A DNA stretch of 63,316 bases, the filler included, from Octopus bimaculoides (taxonomy: Eukaryota), in assembly GCF_001194135.2 (NCBI RefSeq). It is 5 parts of 5 records of this genome, joined end to end, with 100 filler letters (N's around TTAATTAATTAA, not from the genome) between each part and the next. Parts side by side here need not be neighbours in the genome. Positions count along the whole stretch, not along the records: positions 60,572 to 63,316 come from NC_068986.1; 4 more parts are not named here. The stretch is one strand, 5' to 3'. Numbering within the stretch: position 1 is the stretch's first letter; each line of letters begins with the position of its first letter. A program made the position numbers and the translations under genes. Shown piece after piece: positions 62,300 to 63,316 of this stretch. The notes under the pieces were generated by a model. That model was not told the DNA's origin. It ran no database searches and was given only the letters and a program-made list of their open reading frames with translations.

Positions 62300-62493
62300 T
62301 ATGTCAGTCCCCTACTATCGCTTGACAACCGTTAACGTCTCCGTAACATGTCGGTTCGGCAAAAGTAATCGATAGAATAAGTACTACGCTTACAGAGGAT
62401 AAGCCCTGGGTTCGATTTCTTTGACTAAAGAACCCTTTAAGGCGGTGCTCCAGCATGGCTGCAGTCAAATGACTGAAACAAGTAAAAGAACAA
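62300..62493 (+). mobile_element. Family-1-like SINE 3' half
   Basis: atcgcttgacaaccg..gatagaataagtact..aaggcggtgctccagcatggctgcagtcaaatgactgaaacaagtaaaagaa. Confidence 0.85.
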
Positions 62494-62857
62494 NNNNNNN
62501 NNNNNNNNNNNNNNNNNNNNNNNNNNNNNNNNNNNNNNNNNNNNNNNNNNNNNNNNNNNNNNNNNNNNNNNNNNNNNNNNNNNNNNNNNNNNNNNNNNNN
62601 NNNNNNNNNNNNNNNNNNNNNNNNNNNNNNNNNNNNNNNNNNNNNNNNNNNNNNNNNNNNNNNNNNNNNNNNNNNNNNNNNNNNTATATATATATATATA
62701 TTATCGACCACACATACTCAATACAGAAAATGAGATTTGTTGCCGGTAGGCTGCCATCTAACAAGGTGGAGATGACTCCCTCAAAGCGCCGACTGTTAAA
62801 ACACTCGAAAAATCACAGACAGACGAGACAACTCACCCAAAATTCTATTCATGAACT

Positions 62858-63230
62858 ATGGACATCGATGTTTCGTCATTTTTGTGGCTTATCAACATCA
62901 CATAGCGGAACCGAATTGGATGTTAACTGAATCGCCACTCCTTGACAATATACAAATAAGCAAACAAGCAAACCAAATACATTGAATATGTGTCGATAAT
63001 GTTTACAACACAAGAAATACCATAATCCCAGGGCCAATCATTTTTAAATGTTTATTTGATAATTTACCAAATAACTAGTACTTCAGGATTTATAACTACT
63101 GATACAATATTGGATTGTTCTGGAAGTTGCTTGATCGTCAGTTCCGTGAAACTCGGAGTAACAGTTCGTGAATTTCTGTTTCACCTTCAATAAAATACCA
63201 CATTTGATGCTCGAACACTATCTCCTCTCC
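62858..63230 (-). mobile_element. Possible heavily decayed PLE 3' end with degenerate hammerhead (62858-62900)
   Basis: Weak CGIL..GET remnant near 63180-63215; minus strand ATG TTGATAA GCCA caaaaa TGAC GAAAC ATCGAT GT C CAT (palindromic stem III, GUC site, two core changes). Confidence 0.35.
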
Positions 63231-63316
63231 CTTCTTTTGCACTAACGTGCTCACACGTGTGTGAATGCATAAAATGTATAAATATATGTATACAAGTATG
63301 TACGTGTATATATATA

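Overview
AT-rich, repeat-saturated animal genomic DNA. The SINE families and microsatellite load suggest an octopus or other coleoid cephalopod (inference from repeat content only). The window is not one contiguous locus: four identical 100-bp synthetic spacers (N44-TTAATTAATTAA-N44) split it into five segments (1-11555, 11656-26525, 26626-48513, 48614-60471, 60572-63316), and there are many further N gaps beside microsatellites. No intact host gene could be identified. Recognisable content is decayed transposable elements: RTE LINEs, several Penelope-like elements (PLEs, two families), Dong/R4-like, HERO-like and Tx1-like non-LTR 3' ends, piggyBac, Tigger/pogo, mariner, Tc1 and maT-like transposase relics, MITEs, a Helitron-like element and about 20 tRNA-derived SINE pieces. 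Three signals stand out. (1) Many minimal type I hammerhead-ribozyme motifs, including a PLE bracketed by ~260-bp inverted terminal repeats whose two decayed copies together suggest a canonical hammerhead. (2) AT-rich foldbacks with outward-pointing hammerhead motifs that look like ORF-less inverted-pLTR PLE insertions rather than DNA MITEs. (3) A C4HC3 PHD finger embedded inside the reverse-transcriptase domain of the local RTE family, seen in two independent copies. All structural and family calls were made by eye and need computational confirmation.
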